Of a stretch of DNA of 64,000 bases, positions 22,168-35,108 are shown one piece after another. The position numbers and the translations under genes are program-made. Each line of letters begins with the position of its first letter. Positions within the stretch are counted from its first letter, which is position 1. Origin of the DNA: Selaginella moellendorffii (taxonomy: Eukaryota; Plantae; Lycopodiophyta). Below the pieces are notes generated by a model. The model worked only from the letters and a program-made list of their open reading frames with translations. It ran no database searches and was not told the origin of the DNA. Location: NCBI RefSeq assembly GCF_000143415.4, contig NW_003314359.1, positions 219,477 through 283,476 on the forward strand. Direction: 5' to 3'.

Positions 22168-22926
22168 GTCTTGGGTAGTCAAAGGTACCAATTTTTTTCT
22201 CATTCTCAGAAATAAAACAGTTGCAAGAAATGTTTGCTCACAAGGATCTTAGTTTGATAAGCAAAGATTTTATCACAATATTATATGGAGGTACGAAATT
22301 TCATAGCAAGCCGACTGTGTGCTGCGTAGAAGATCGTAAAAGTTTAACAATCTGGGAGGAAGTCCAGCAATGTATTGTTAAGCAATATAACTTTTTAAAA
22401 TCACAATATGAAAGACATATGAAGCTTCTTATTATATAAACTCTCATCATTTTTTTAAGGCAGCGAAGAAGCTTTGAGGTACCAGAATGATATGACTAAG
22501 GTGAAAGTCCTCACCAAAAGCAGTGGTTTTCCAGCAGGTGTCCATTCTTTCTTTTCATTTTCTTGAGATTTTCAGCTGCCATCCCTCAGCAACTTGAACT
22601 TCGATAGATAGTTGAGAAATTTTTGCCTGCAGTTTTCAGCAAGACCTAGATATTCATCAGGGGCGAACTCATAGAGAAATCTGCAAGTCACTTGAAGATC
22701 AACACAAGAAACCATGACATAAAACCACACGGGCTTATGTCTATGAAACAGCTACGTTGGTCATAGCTTGTTGAAAGTATAGTTCAAATCCTCGCCCGTT
22801 ATGCTTTGGTGTATCCAAAGTTACAGAGGTAAGATTAATACGGTTGAATGTCGTATACAAGTCCCTTTTGCCGGCTGAATCACACCTGGACTCCACTCCC
22901 TACTGGCCAACGTATCCACTTCCTTA

Positions 22927-24926
22927 TGCCAAGTGCTACAGGGAAACGTTCTTCGTCATGGCCGCCACCTGTTTGTTTGGGTGTGCTCGCCGTGGCTCTC
23001 AGCTTGAGGTCCGCCAAGTTCTACAGTGCGGAGGTGAGGCCCAGCTTGACGAGAAAAGTTGCTGCTGTTGTTGACGATGCATGCACTCGCAAGAGCGACC
23101 GAATGGTTTCTCCTGGAGTGAGCTAAACAAGACACTCCAGCGCCAAATCCACCCAAGCTAAAGATGATTCTTACCTCGTGAATTGATGAGCGATCCCGCA
23201 ATGCGCCGCTTGCCCTAGGATCCAGGTTCCATGAGCTCTGTGCCCTGCTTGACCATCGTTTACTCCCGCCAAAGTTAAAACCAACGTCATGCTGGAAAGC
23301 ACCAAATATGGTACTTTAATCCAGCTGCAGATACCTTATTCAAGCTTCTTGGTTTTCCATTTTCATCCATGCAGTAAAAAGCGAAGTTAACAACCTATTG
23401 GCGCAAACAATCGGCTTGCTAATCTGCGCGCTTTTTCATCCGCCCTAACTTGGGAATCACAAGCTCCATCTGCCGGTGCAACTGTAACAACCAAAAAGAA
23501 ACGTTGAGCACCGCCCGAGCAAGCCTTGAATGCCGCGAGCACCAGCGACGTCTGGAGAAATCTCTGGATTCCCCGATGCACGAGTTGTAGAAGCGCTTCC
23601 TGCCCCAGCACCTCCCGGATCCATGAGCTATAGAAGTGTTTCCCTGATCATTACTTCGACTGGGAGCTGCTCTTGTTGCCCGCGCCACAAGTTGTCGCTG
23701 TCCTTGATCGAGCTCCCAGTGCGGAATTCGGCGTCCAGCTTGCTGGGTTCGTCTTGTATCGCTTGCTCTTTGGTGCAACAGATCTAGAAAAAAGTGATTT
23801 CTCAGAGAATCAACAAAGCATTTTCAAGAGAAAGATCTGCCCAAACAACTTAAGAAATGGAAGTGCCACATCAATATTGGTTGTTTATTACTCATTCTTC
23901 ATAACAATATTATGGAGCAAACATCTCTTCAGCTTTCTGAAGAAATTTGTTCTTCGAAGTGATGGGTTTGTGCTTAGCGATGTTATGGCTGAAACTAGCT
24001 GTCAGTCACTTAGGATTAAACATGCATTCAACACCGCACACTGCAGTATGTGTCGCGTTGGGGGTGAGCTGATCTATGACACTGCCTCTTGGTTTAAATT
24101 TTCGCATGTTGAATTCTTCAAATGAGTCAACGAAAGTCAATGTAGCGTTGGGAGGACAAATCAACAAGCAATACCTCCAGAAATACCATTTGTGTTACTT
24201 TCATGTGTTGATCAACAAATACAGTAGACCTGAAACAAGAGGTTCGAAAAACCCCTTGGAAGTTATTTTACTAACCTTGAAGTAGGGATGTTATATATCA
24301 GGATGCCTAAGCATTTTTCCAATGGTAGAACTTGACATCGTTAAGTCCACGCACATTGACATGAACATTATGGGTAGAATTGTTGCTCACATTATGGCAT
24401 ATCAGTTCAGTGAACTAACTTGTACATGAAAATATGAATACTTATGAAACTTGAACATAGAATATTTACCTCATTCATCATAGCCTATTAGAAATTGTCA
24501 TCTTTTGTATATTTAGTAGCTCTTGTAGTAGGATCACTGAATGGCTCAAGCACAGGGTTTTGCAGGAACTTTATCCCATGTATGTATATTATCTGATAGC
24601 TTGCCAAGTTGCACACCAACTACCTCTAGATGGTTATCCATGAATTTTACTTCATCCATGTTGAGTGCCCCACATGTTGGAGCCAATCCGATGTTAAGAT
24701 AGTCTTGGACATTCGAGTTGATAATGTTGACCTATCTATTAGTCAAATGCTAGTTAAAACTGAATGCGAAAGTCAAAATGCTAGATGATATTTCTAGATA
24801 CTTACAATTGTAAGGATCAGCTGAAACTAGGCATCTGTGCTCAAGACAATGCTCATAACAACAAGAAGAATGATTGATGGGCACTTTTGCCAAAGCTTAC
24901 CCGGTGCTACTGGAGCATATTCTGTA
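22927..24926. other. about 2-kb inversion carrying the MFS copy-3 3' end and its downstream flank
   Basis: Sequence is the reverse complement of about 16750-18917. Left breakpoint CCTTA|TGCCAAG. About 65 bp of filler follows the right breakpoint. Confidence 0.9.
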
Positions 24927-24991
24927 CTGTATGCAGCTGTTGGACATTATATGTTTGGGCCATAGATGAACATCTTGGACATGAAGTCAAT

Positions 24992-26514
24992 CACAAGAGC
25001 GAGGCCTCCAGCGTGTCAGGGCCCCGGTATCTCCTGGCTTGCCGATCGTAGAACACACCCGCAACTTCCACCGACAGGACATACGTCCCAATCCCCTTTG
25101 CAACGTTTGGGAAGCTCTGGCTTGAGCCCGAAGATCTCCGCGATGATGGTCGACAGCACCGCCCACTGGCCTCCGGTGGCGAGGCCGATGATGATGGAGT
25201 CGATGTACAGCGCGCCGGGAAGGCCCAAGGCAATGAGCAAGTTGCCGAGCGCTAGAAAGCCGACCACCGCAGCGAACACGAACGGCCGTCCAATGCCAAA
25301 CTTGTGGAGGAGTATCTCGGACACGAAGCCGCAACCGATTGCTCCCAGGAAGTCCCAGAGGTTGAGGAGAGCCACGAAGATGTTCATCCTTGCGGTGGAG
25401 TATCCCAGGGAGGCGCTCAGCTGGCCCAAGTTGTTGTAGAAGGTGGATACGGTTCCCAGGCCGCAGGAAGTCGCGATGAGCATGAGCCACATATCGATGC
25501 TCAGCAAGGCGTGGACGAGCCTGTAGTCCTTCCCTCTCGCTGGAACTTGGAACCATCTGTGGATGCCAGCGCTGGAAGCTTGAGAAGGAGAATGGTCGAC
25601 GACTTGCAGAGAACTAGGCGTGGAATTCATATCCGCGAGCTGAGCTTCAGAGTTATGAGATGGCAGTATGCTTTCGACAGCACCAGCACTGTTCGAATGT
25701 GATCGAATCTTAGCTCGGACAACCAGAGCAACTGGAAGTAGGACGATGAGCAGCATCAAACCAAAGAACACCAAAGGCACCGAGTCTGGAAGCCTGTTTG
25801 TGATGTTCCCCTCGATGACTGTGATGACGAGGAGATAGGCAGCTAAGGCAAAGGTGGTGATGAGGAACGAGCGGAGAATGGACTTGTCGCTGGACTTCTC
25901 GATGACAGGCACGGGCCCAAGGAAGAGGCCAAACAGCAGATACAGGAACGTTGGTAGCAGCCCCAGGAAGAGCAGAAAGGAGCGAGCGTGGAACTGGAAG
26001 AAAGTCTGGAACACAACCGCGAATGCGGTTGCTCCCAGGCCATTGCTGCCGTCGAGCAAGCTCAGCAGCATCCCCTGGTGGTGTTTCGGGAAGTTTGTGG
26101 CACAGGTGGTCAGAACAGCCGTGACTGCAAAGCCTACAGAGGCGCCGACGAGAAACATATAGAAGCTCATTTGCCATGCCGGTGGACGAGCAATCTGGTG
26201 AGTGATGGCGAGCCAGGCCATGGTGTAGCCGAACAGGTTGAGCAATGCGGAGACGAACATGGTGAGACGGGGGGCCCGACTCTCGCATTGAGCAAGCCGG
26301 CCAGGAAAGCCATGCTGGTGCCGAGATCCTTGAAGAAGCTGATGGTATTGACGGACTCTTGCTTGTAATGCAGGGAGATTTTGAGCTCCTGTGAGAACAA
26401 GCTGAAGCTGGTGAGCGTGCCTCCGGTGATTGCTATCAAGTAGAAGCCCGAGACTGCGACGATCCAGCGATTGCTGGCGATGGAGAAGAGTTCCTTGGCC
26501 ATTGCTAGCGCCAT
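24992..26514 (-). pseudogene. MFS transporter copy 3, pseudogene
   Basis: 1-bp insertion near 26270, a 14-bp deletion near 25120, and a C-terminus detached and inverted to 22927-23085. Confidence 0.9.
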
Positions 26515-27054
26515 TGCTGCCAGCTTTGTGGACCGCACAAGGTAACGAGAAAGCTCTTCAGAATCATGGTTTTCATGCCTTTATATCTTGTTATAATTGC
26601 AGTCCATGTGACGCTCTGACTCGAGCCGTCGCTTGCTCTTTGAAATGGCAAGCTTCTTCAAGCAGAGAGTTTAACATAAACTTGGCAATAACGTAGTTTC
26701 GTGGCTAAGTTTTCTATGCGCTAGTCAACTAAGTTGAGCGTTGACTGCATTTCCCATATCAGTGACAGATTAGCGTTCGCATTTGGCCCCAGATGAACGC
26801 TAATCTGTCATTGAGACGGAAAAGTCTACAAATTGGTCTTGAATGGAGGCGGATCCATGGAAAGTTCGTGCAAATCGTAACGATCTTAAATTCTTACTGC
26901 CAAATAGAAATCTTAGTTTTTTGCAACTATATAAGCAGGGCACTGGGAGGAGACTGATATCCACATCTCAAAGTTGAGAAAGCCTAGCATCCAAGCATAC
27001 ATTTCCATTTCCATCTTTCGTCTTCCAAGCTTTCTTGCTTACACAGTCCCATCC

Positions 27055-28214
27055 ATGGCTGGCATCAAGGCATTTGTTGACAGCTGCAACGGGACACTGT
27101 CGGGCGTTCCGGAGAGATACATGATGCCGAATGGAGCTGCCGATGTCTCCCGGTACGCGGTGCTGCCGATAGTCGACGTGGCGAGCGAGAGCTTCGAGAG
27201 GGATCTCGTTGACGCTTGCACAAAGTACGGAATGTTCTACGTAAGTTTTGATGAGGTATCTTTTTCCTGTAAGTTGTTGTTCTTCTGACTTGCAGCTCAA
27301 GAACCACGGAATTCACACCGAGGATGTGATGAGGTGTGCTCTCGAGTTCTTCAACTCGCCCAGCGAGGACAAAATGCGGTACTACACCGAGGAGATCTTC
27401 ACATCCGTCCGCTACTGCACCAGCATGATGCCTTCGAAAGAAGAGAAGCTTGAGTGGCACGACCACCTCCAGATGTGGCTCAAGGAAGAGTCCCTCGGAG
27501 TGCACCCCTGGCCCGCGTTCCCAGCCAGCTACAAGTCAGTTTCTCGCTCCTTGATTTTTCGTATTGATCTAGATTGCTGACGCTCTATATGCAACAGGGA
27601 CGTTGGATCCGAGTACGCCAGAAACATCTTCAAGCTCGGGAAGAGGATGCTGTTGGTCATGTCCGAGGGACTTGGCCTCCGCTCAAACCGTCTTCTGGAA
27701 GCATTCGCAGAGATGGTTCTTCTGACGAGAGCAAACTTCTATCCGGCTTGCCCGAACCCGAGGCAGGCCTTGGGCATGGAAGGCCACACCGACAGCGGCG
27801 GCCTCACGTTTGTGCTCCAGGATGGAGTCGGGGGATTGCAGCTGAAGCAAGGCGAGGATTGGTACAACGTGAGGCCACTCGAGGGAATGCTGGTGGTGAA
27901 CATGGGCGATCAGCTAGAGGTACGAGGAGTCGAAAAGTTTGTGGAATGATCTTGATGTTGTCCTTGGTTGGTAATCTCAGAAGCTGAGCAATGGGAGGTA
28001 CAAGAGCATATTGCACAGGGTGATGGTGAACTCGAAGAGTTCGAGGCTGTCCGTCGGGGCGTTCCTGGGGCCGTCACTGGATGCGGAGATCAGCCCGATT
28101 CCAGAGCTGGTGAGCCAGGAGAGTCCGGCAAAGTACCGCAGCAGGACTTATAGGGATTACATGCACGAGGTGTACACGGAGCACTTCTCCGGGAAGAATG
28201 TCTATGTGGCTTGA
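27055..28214 (+). CDS. 2OG-Fe(II) dioxygenase, copy 3, 326 aa
   Basis: Exons 27055-27240, 27296-27534, 27598-27919, 27981-28214; same motifs intact. Confidence 0.92.
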
Positions 28215-28314
28215 GCCTTGAGCAGTCAAAAGCGCCAAGTTTTTCCCATTCTCATGAATAAAAGCGAATGAATTTTTTTGTTAACGCTAATGTTAACGCT
28301 GAGCTTCCGCGACA

Positions 28315-28419
28315 ATCATTCCACAAACTTTTGAACTGCTTCTACCTTTGGCTGTGATCTCCCATGTTGACCACCGGCACTCTCTCTAGTGGCGCCACGT
28401 TGACCAGTTCTCGCCTTGG
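28315..28419 (-). pseudogene. inverted degenerate fragment of 2OGD exon 3 / intron 3
   Basis: Reverse complement reads CAAGGCGAG..TGGTCAACGTGGCGCCACT...GGTGGTCAACATGGGAGATCA...AAAAGTTTGTGGAATGAT, matching about 27848-27950. Confidence 0.8.
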
Positions 28420-28650
28420 TTGTGAGAGGTGTCTTGAAGAAGCTCCCTTGGCCGCTGCCTAGAAGGTGGTAAAAAGAGATTTGTTAGAAAAGAAATGTCT
28501 GTTAGAAGGATCTTAGTGGAACTCTATGTCAAGGACTTACGAAAGTTCATAAGAAACTCCCTTGACCGTGCCCAGGAGGTTCTTAGCAGTCCGGGAAGAA
28601 CAGAGATGGGTTCTATTAGGGCGTCACTCGTTTGCTGCTTGGCAAGAAGC

Positions 28651-29864
28651 ATGGCGGAGGCGGTCGTGGCGGCGGCAGCGCAGCCCACCAAGCTCTCGTA
28701 TTTCGACAATATGCGGCAGCTCCAAGCAACAGCCAAGGTGCTCTCCATCACAAAGGTAGCGAGTGCGTTTTCTAGCTAGGATGTTTAGATGAAGTCCTCT
28801 CCTCATTCTCCAGGATTCTGAGCGAGTAGCCATTGTTTCGGATCGGACAATCTTGTATCCTCAAGGAGGTGGACAGCCCGCGGACAGGGGCTCCATTTCG
28901 AGCTTGAATGGAGACACTACATTCCAAGTTCAGGACACAAGGATGAAGAATGGAGTTGTAAGTTTTCGTTTTGTTTCTTCTCAGAGGATTTACTGCTTCA
29001 CTCTTGTGCTGGCTGTAGGTCTATCACTATGGTGTCTTTGAGCCATCAGACTCTACGTTCGAAGCTGGCCAGGAAGTCACCCTGAGAGTTGAGTCGCAAC
29101 GCAGGGAATTACACTCAAGGTGCAACACAATCTACAAGCAAACCAGTACTTATCTCTTTTTTTTTTCGAGAACAGGCTGCACACTGCGGGGCACTTGATA
29201 GATGTATGCATGGAACTTGTGGGACGAACTTTGGAGCCGGCAAAAGCAAACCATTCTCCAGAGGGGTATGACTTTCGATTCTCAACTTTACACTTTGCAA
29301 AGCATTTCTTTCCGGGATAGAGCTTTTGTCGAGTACATAGGAGCAATTCCGAGCGGTGAGATAGAGTCGACTCGTGTTGCCCTGCAGAAAGAAATCGATC
29401 GTTTGATAGCAAGTGGTGCTTCGGTGAGTTGTACTATGCCGATGCTTTGTCTTTGTTCTTATTCTTTTTGGTGCCAGTGTATTTATTCGTGCTAGTACTA
29501 CAGGTAAATGCATCTGTGGTACCTTATGACGAGGCTGCTGGCTTGTGCGGCGGGAGCCTTCCCGATTATATATCCAAGGTATACTCTTATGAATTGGATA
29601 CAACTTATGATCTTTGTATCTGACCTCCAATTTTCAAATGCCACAGGATAGCAGTCCCAGAATCGTGAGGATCGGAGATCACACGGGATGCCCCTGCGGT
29701 GGCACTCATGTCGACGATGTTAGCTCACTCACGGGCTTGAAAGTAAGCGACTTCGAAAGAAAGAGCGTCAAGAGGTTTTGAGCTTACATATGTTGCGCGC
29801 TTCACAGGTGACGCAGATCAGAGTGAAAAAAGGAGTGACAAAAGTTAGCTACACGCTGAAATGA
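28651..29864 (+). CDS. free-standing alanyl-tRNA editing protein (AlaX / tRNA_SAD family), 8 exons
   Basis: Exons 28651-28755, 28814-28957, 29019-29119, 29176-29265, 29321-29423, 29504-29578, 29647-29742, 29808-29864. Motifs PTKL.Y.D, YPQGGGQP.D.G, HTAGH and CGGTH. Confidence 0.92.
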
Positions 29865-31159
29865 TCAGAAGCAACCGGCAAGATGTTTCGGAGATATTTG
29901 AATCGTGTTACAGTAAGCTCTGTGCGGTTTCGTGTCATGGTTTCTTGTGTTGATCTTCTCGTGACTTGCAGATTTCTCTATGATTCTCGAGAGCTTCGCC
30001 CTTGATCAATATCTCCTCCGGGTTTCAGGTCTTGCTGAAAACCGCAGAGATATTTCTCTCAGTTCGCTATTGATGCTCACAAAATCAGATTTTAAGTACT
30101 TTTGCTGATAGATGGCATTGTGATTCATAGTGTCGGACTTACTTGATCTGCCGTGCAATGACGCAGGCACCGACGCACCAAAAGCACTCTGCGAGATCTA
30201 AAAGAAATGGAAAGACAGAGAGTGGACACCTGCTGGAAAAGACTAGTCGCTAGTGCGTTTCGCTCAATTGCTTTTCGTGTGTTTGGATAGCAAGCCTGCT
30301 ACTTTTCACTCCACAGTTCTTACGATGAATATAATTCCTTGTGATAGTCATACACAAGCATCATTCCGGGTATAATCGTGCAATTCTATATTAAACCATG
30401 GGCCTAGGACAATATAGCACATTAGATTTAACTAATCACGATCCACTGTGAGACTGGAAGTAATTATTTGGCAGGGCGTTTGGCTGGAAGTCAATTTTTG
30501 AGGCGTTGATCTGTCAAATCGCAGCCGCCCGCTCCCTCCATACGTAACGGGCATGTCACGCCATGGGAAAAAAGTCCGCGCGGGGGTTTTTACTCGTGGG
30601 TTAAACGCAGTCCACGTGGATTCACCAGTCCCATTTTTCCGTTCGATGGTCGACATGTAAGCACGTTATTCCTTTAATGTGGCACGTTTTGTCCAAAGCC
30701 GGCGATGGGGACCGTCGATGCTGTCAATCCGACGGCCGCAGCGCCCGGGCGTACGTGTTCGTACGGAATCGCGTTTTGCTTAGTGGTTTTGTTGTAGTTC
30801 TTAGGTAGGTGGAGTGGAGGCCAAGGCGGAGGCGCGGGCGCGGGCGCGGGCGCTACAGCGATTCCGGCGAGCGGCGGCCGTGGCCGTGAATCTCCGGAGA
30901 ATGCCGCTGCGATGATCCGCGCAGCGGCGCCTTGATCGCTTCCCGGGCGTGCGAAGATCGCTGTGCATTGTCGAGGTGAGCATTTTGGGGACAATGTGGA
31001 TTCGCCGCTCGAGTGATGTGCATTTCTAGCTAAATCGCGCATTGGAATTAGCTTAGCGATGAATTTCGGTGGAGATATAGATGTGTGCGTTGTGAGCTGC
31101 TGGATTTGCACTGAGCGAGTTGTGGAACTGTGCAGCGAGTCAGGGGAAACGCCTTCCAA

Positions 31160-32884
31160 ATGGGGAAGAAGAAGTGGTTCTCTGCCGTGAAAAAGGCATT
31201 TGGATCGCCCTCCAAAAATGAAAAGGAGAAAACCGACACCTCGTCCGTCAAGGAGTCGGAAAAATTAGATAACAATAATGTGAGTTGGATCTTTTATCTG
31301 ATTCTCATCTCGAGCACTAACACACTTCCTCCTCGTTTCAGAGAAAACAGATCCAGGATGAAAACCAAAACCAAAAAAAATGGAATGGTGCAACGGATGA
31401 TAATTCGGTACTTCAAACCGAAGACGAGCAAAGCAAGCATGCGATGGCTGTTGCTGTTGCTACTGCTGCGGCGGCCGAGGCTGCTGTTGCTGCTGCTCAG
31501 GCGGCCGCTGCTGTCGTTCGACTTACTGGTGGACGACCGTCTGTCCATGGTGGAAAACCGAAAGAGGAGTGGGCCGCTGTGAAGATCCAGACTGCCTTTC
31601 GAGGATATCTGGTGCGTGTTTTTTCTGTGGATCTTAGTCTTCATTTGTTTCATATTTGATCAACCAGGCTCGACGTGCACTGCGTGCCTTGAGAGGTCTG
31701 GTAAGGCTACAAGCTTTGGTTCGCGGGCATGCCGTCCGTCGTCAGGCAACTATGACGTTACGATGCATGCAAGCTCTTGTGCGCGTCCAAGCTCGGGTAC
31801 GTGCAAGAAGAGTCAGGATGGCGGAAGAATCTCAAACTCTGAAGAATCAAGTTTGGCAAAAGCGACTCGAGGAACAAGAAGCGCTTCCTGACGTACGTAT
31901 TTTAACATAGCTTTCCAGCTGACTAGATTTCGTTTGTCTTTTGGTTTCCAAAGGTTGAGGCGAGTGTGGAAGTTTGGGATCACAGCGTGAAGACTGCCGA
32001 GGAAATTCAAGCTAAGATGCAAAGCAAACAGGAAGCTGCCATGAAAAGAGAGAGAGCTCTGGCCTACGCTTTTTCTCACCAAGTAAGCTTACGCCTCCAG
32101 TCTCAGAACTACATCTTTCTTCTTATTGCAGCTGTGGAGATCGGAACCAAAAGATGCTTCTGCTATGTATCTGGATGGCGATCCAGAAAAGTCACACTGG
32201 GGATGGAGCTGGTTAGAGCGGTGGATGACTGCTCGGCCGTGGGAGGGCCGTGCTATGGAGAAAGATGCTCCCGATGGCTTCTCTCTAAAGAGCAACGAGG
32301 ACGTGGTAACTAAAATACTAGAGGTTGATTCCGGGCGGTTTAGTTCAAGCGGCAGGCGGAAGCAGGAAAACGAGCTGAATAGTCCCAGTCTCACGAACAA
32401 AAGCAACGGGAACCACACACCATCCGCGAGAGGAATGCTTCACTCGGCCAGTCCAAGAAGTACGCGTTTGGTCGACGACAGGACGCCCCGAAGTACAATA
32501 AACAATAGCTTGCCAGCTATTGCTGTGAAACATCCCAACAATTCGAGCATTTCAAGTTCAGTCAGGGATGACGAGAGCCTTGCGAGCTATCCTTCGGTTC
32601 CAAGCTACATGGCACCGACAGAATCCACAAGAGCTCGGTCCCGCTCCAGCAGTACTCCCAAGCAAAGGCCTGCAACTCCAGACAAGGATGCAGCGAAGAA
32701 AAGACTCTCATATCCTTTGGCTGACGGCGTTGTTCCAAACTCCGGACCTTTACGTTCTACCAGAAACAGCGGAATCACGCAGAAGAGTCCGGGACTGAAA
32801 GGCAAGCCGACAGGGATGTCTCTTCAGGATAGCATCGGCTCGGATGCTCCACTGCTGGGAGAGGACACGAAACGTTTTAGATGA
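31160..32884 (+). CDS. IQD: IQ67-domain calmodulin-binding protein with DUF4005
   Basis: Exons 31160-31279, 31342-31611, 31668-31892, 31954-32082, 32132-32884. Motifs [62 protein letters not shown]. Confidence 0.95.
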
Positions 32885-33168
32885 AGAAGAAAAAGAAAAA
32901 CATGACGCGGTAGTGCTCGAGGTGATGCAGCCAGGAATAAAGTCTTGGGCTTGCGGAGGTGAATGCCGAGATTGGGAAATGTTTACTGTAAAGCTTCTGC
33001 TTTCTTTCACTGCTTTCCTATTTTGCTAACAGTGTGCAACTATCATTTGTTCTTACTTTTGCTTTCTTACTTACCTCAGGTGACTAGAAGCGCTTGAACA
33101 ATGGACGGTATGTATGACTGCATAATTTTGTTTTTCTTTCTGATGGGTGTGTTTCTGGATCTGCAGGT

Positions 33169-33840
33169 TTAAAGCCTCCAGAAATTGAGCTGCTTCTTTG
33201 GCGATGTGCTAGACTTTGGAAAAGGTCGGAAGAGCTCGCGACCACCTCTGTAGCACCTGGTGTCTGCTATCTGGACGGGAGAAGCAACGGAAAACTTTGA
33301 TGGACTGGAAAGTTTGGGAAGCTTCTGACGTCCAGGACTCAGGATAGGAAGCAAGTGATCATCCACCGACCCAGCCGAGAGTTGAGATTTTCTGGACAAG
33401 GCGTCGTTGTTGCTGCTGCTGACGAAAGACAACATTCCGGAGCTCGCGGCGTTGTGATATGACACGACTTTTTTCCTCGGAGCGTCCCCGGACTTTGGAG
33501 AAGGGAACTGGAAGAGTTTTGCTCCCTTCGATCTGGAGTTTCTGAGAGAGCTGGATCTTCCCAGTGCGTCCTTGCAGCTTGTTTTGATGACACCGGGACT
33601 ACGTTCTGTACATGATCCCGACTTCATCACCGGTGAGCTCCTGTTACCTCTTGCGTTGCTTGCAAAGTTTCCGCAGTAGACTGACACAGCCTCGTTCCTG
33701 ACCTGCAGCTGAGGCGCAGCGAGCTTGATTGTTTTGGAGCTTTCCTGGTGGAGCTGGAGCTCTTTCTCCATAAGTGAGACGATGGTCCCCTTGGCTCCAA
33801 TTGCAACTGGTCCAGCCTTGTCGTCGATGGAGCTCTCCAT
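33169..33840 (-). CDS. uncharacterised plant protein, 223 aa, Ser-rich
   Basis: Single ORF. N-terminal PVAIGAKGTIVSLMEKEL resembles a conserved plant PVxxGTRGTxGSL..KE motif of unknown function. Confidence 0.7.
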   Translation of the reverse strand: MESSIDDKAGPVAIGAKGTIVSLMEKELQLHQESSKTIKLAAPQLQVRNEAVSVYCGNFASNARGNRSSPVMKSGSCTERSPGVIKTSCKDALGRSSSLRNSRSKGAKLFQFPSPKSGDAPRKKVVSYHNAASSGMLSFVSSSNNDALSRKSQLSAGSVDDHLLPILSPGRQKLPKLSSPSKFSVASPVQIADTRCYRGGRELFRPFPKSSTSPKKQLNFWRL

Positions 33841-35108
33841 AATGTTCCCACACCAAAGATACGCTCCTCTCAGCTTCTTCCACTGCTCAACTTACCGTGA
33901 GTTCCTTTCCAGTTTTTCCTGTGGATCCCCCGCTGTTGCCAGGTTGCCCCCGGCATCTACTGCTGTCTATTCCGCGGAGTGAAGAGCAGGGAGGAAACTT
34001 TCAACCAGCGGAATAATGGTGTCACAGGAAGAACACTCTCGGCAGCAAAGCAACACACTCAGCAGCAATCAAGTCGATGATATAGTGGAAGTAAATGCGG
34101 AGCTGCAAGGACACACACACTCACAAGCCACAGTTCAAGCGCTCTTTTAGCTACTGATGACTGAGCTCTTTCCCGAAATGCACGCCATACCAACCAGCAA
34201 CAACGAACTCTTCCGCGCTAGCCGAAGGGATATGAAAGCGAAGTGTGAGCAGAGGTCGCAGCTCTGGAGGAGGAGGAGGTGTAGAGGAATCAAATCACTC
34301 GCATTGCAGGCTTAGCTTATCGCAGCAGTGCAGGGGACAGGGTGACAGAGGCGGACAAGAAAAACAAAGCGCGCCGAGGCAAAACGAAGCACAGCGCGGC
34401 CAAGGCAAAGCGAAGCTCGAGAAATCACATGCAAGGCCTTTCGGCCCAGCGCGAAAGCGAGCTTTCTCCTTGTCGCTACTTGTGGCAGATTAAGCGGAAG
34501 ATGGGATTGAATAGAAGCGAAGTTTTCAAGCACCATGGCAAGCGCTCCAAATACAGGTTGGTTTTATTTGGGGTGGAAGATTTTTCTTTGCGTGTTGCTT
34601 TGTTTATGAAGCACAAGGGCCCTGTGAATAGCGATCTCCTCTCGATTCGATGGATTAGTATCGGTATAAGTTTTCAAAATTTTATAAAATTTTATTTTTA
34701 TAAAGGTAAGCAAACTTTATTTATTTTATTTCGTATTTTAAGTAACTATTTTGCATTGCTCACACCAGTTGCGCTTGACAAGGAAAGAAGCGTTACAGCA
34801 TTAATCTATGCGTGAGAATGATGGTCAAATCGGTCAAGGCGGCGAGACAACGACCAAGAAAGGCCATGCAAAGTTGGCGGCGAAGCCATGAAGGAAGTTC
34901 TTTCTTGGCTTGCTGACTTGGCAATGGTAGGTTTTTACTCTTGACGTGGCACTCGCTTTCGCGGCAAGGAGGTGAAAGGGCGTTTTCCTTGGAGAATGGC
35001 GGAGAAAGGAGGAGGTAAGCAGTGAGACGGCTAATGGCCCCGCCGCCCGGGTGTGGCGAGGCAGCCATCGACAGGCACTGGTGGTGGTGGGCGAAGTGGT
35101 GGTGATTC

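Larger units (their letters stand above)
7594..30398. repeat. tandem segmental array of three MFS/2OGD units (about 7594-16047, 16048-22600, 22610-30398)
   Basis: Near-identical ORFs recur with an 8505-bp offset between units 1 and 2. A third, more diverged and rearranged copy follows. AlaX and its 3' flank occur in units 1 and 3. Confidence 0.93.
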
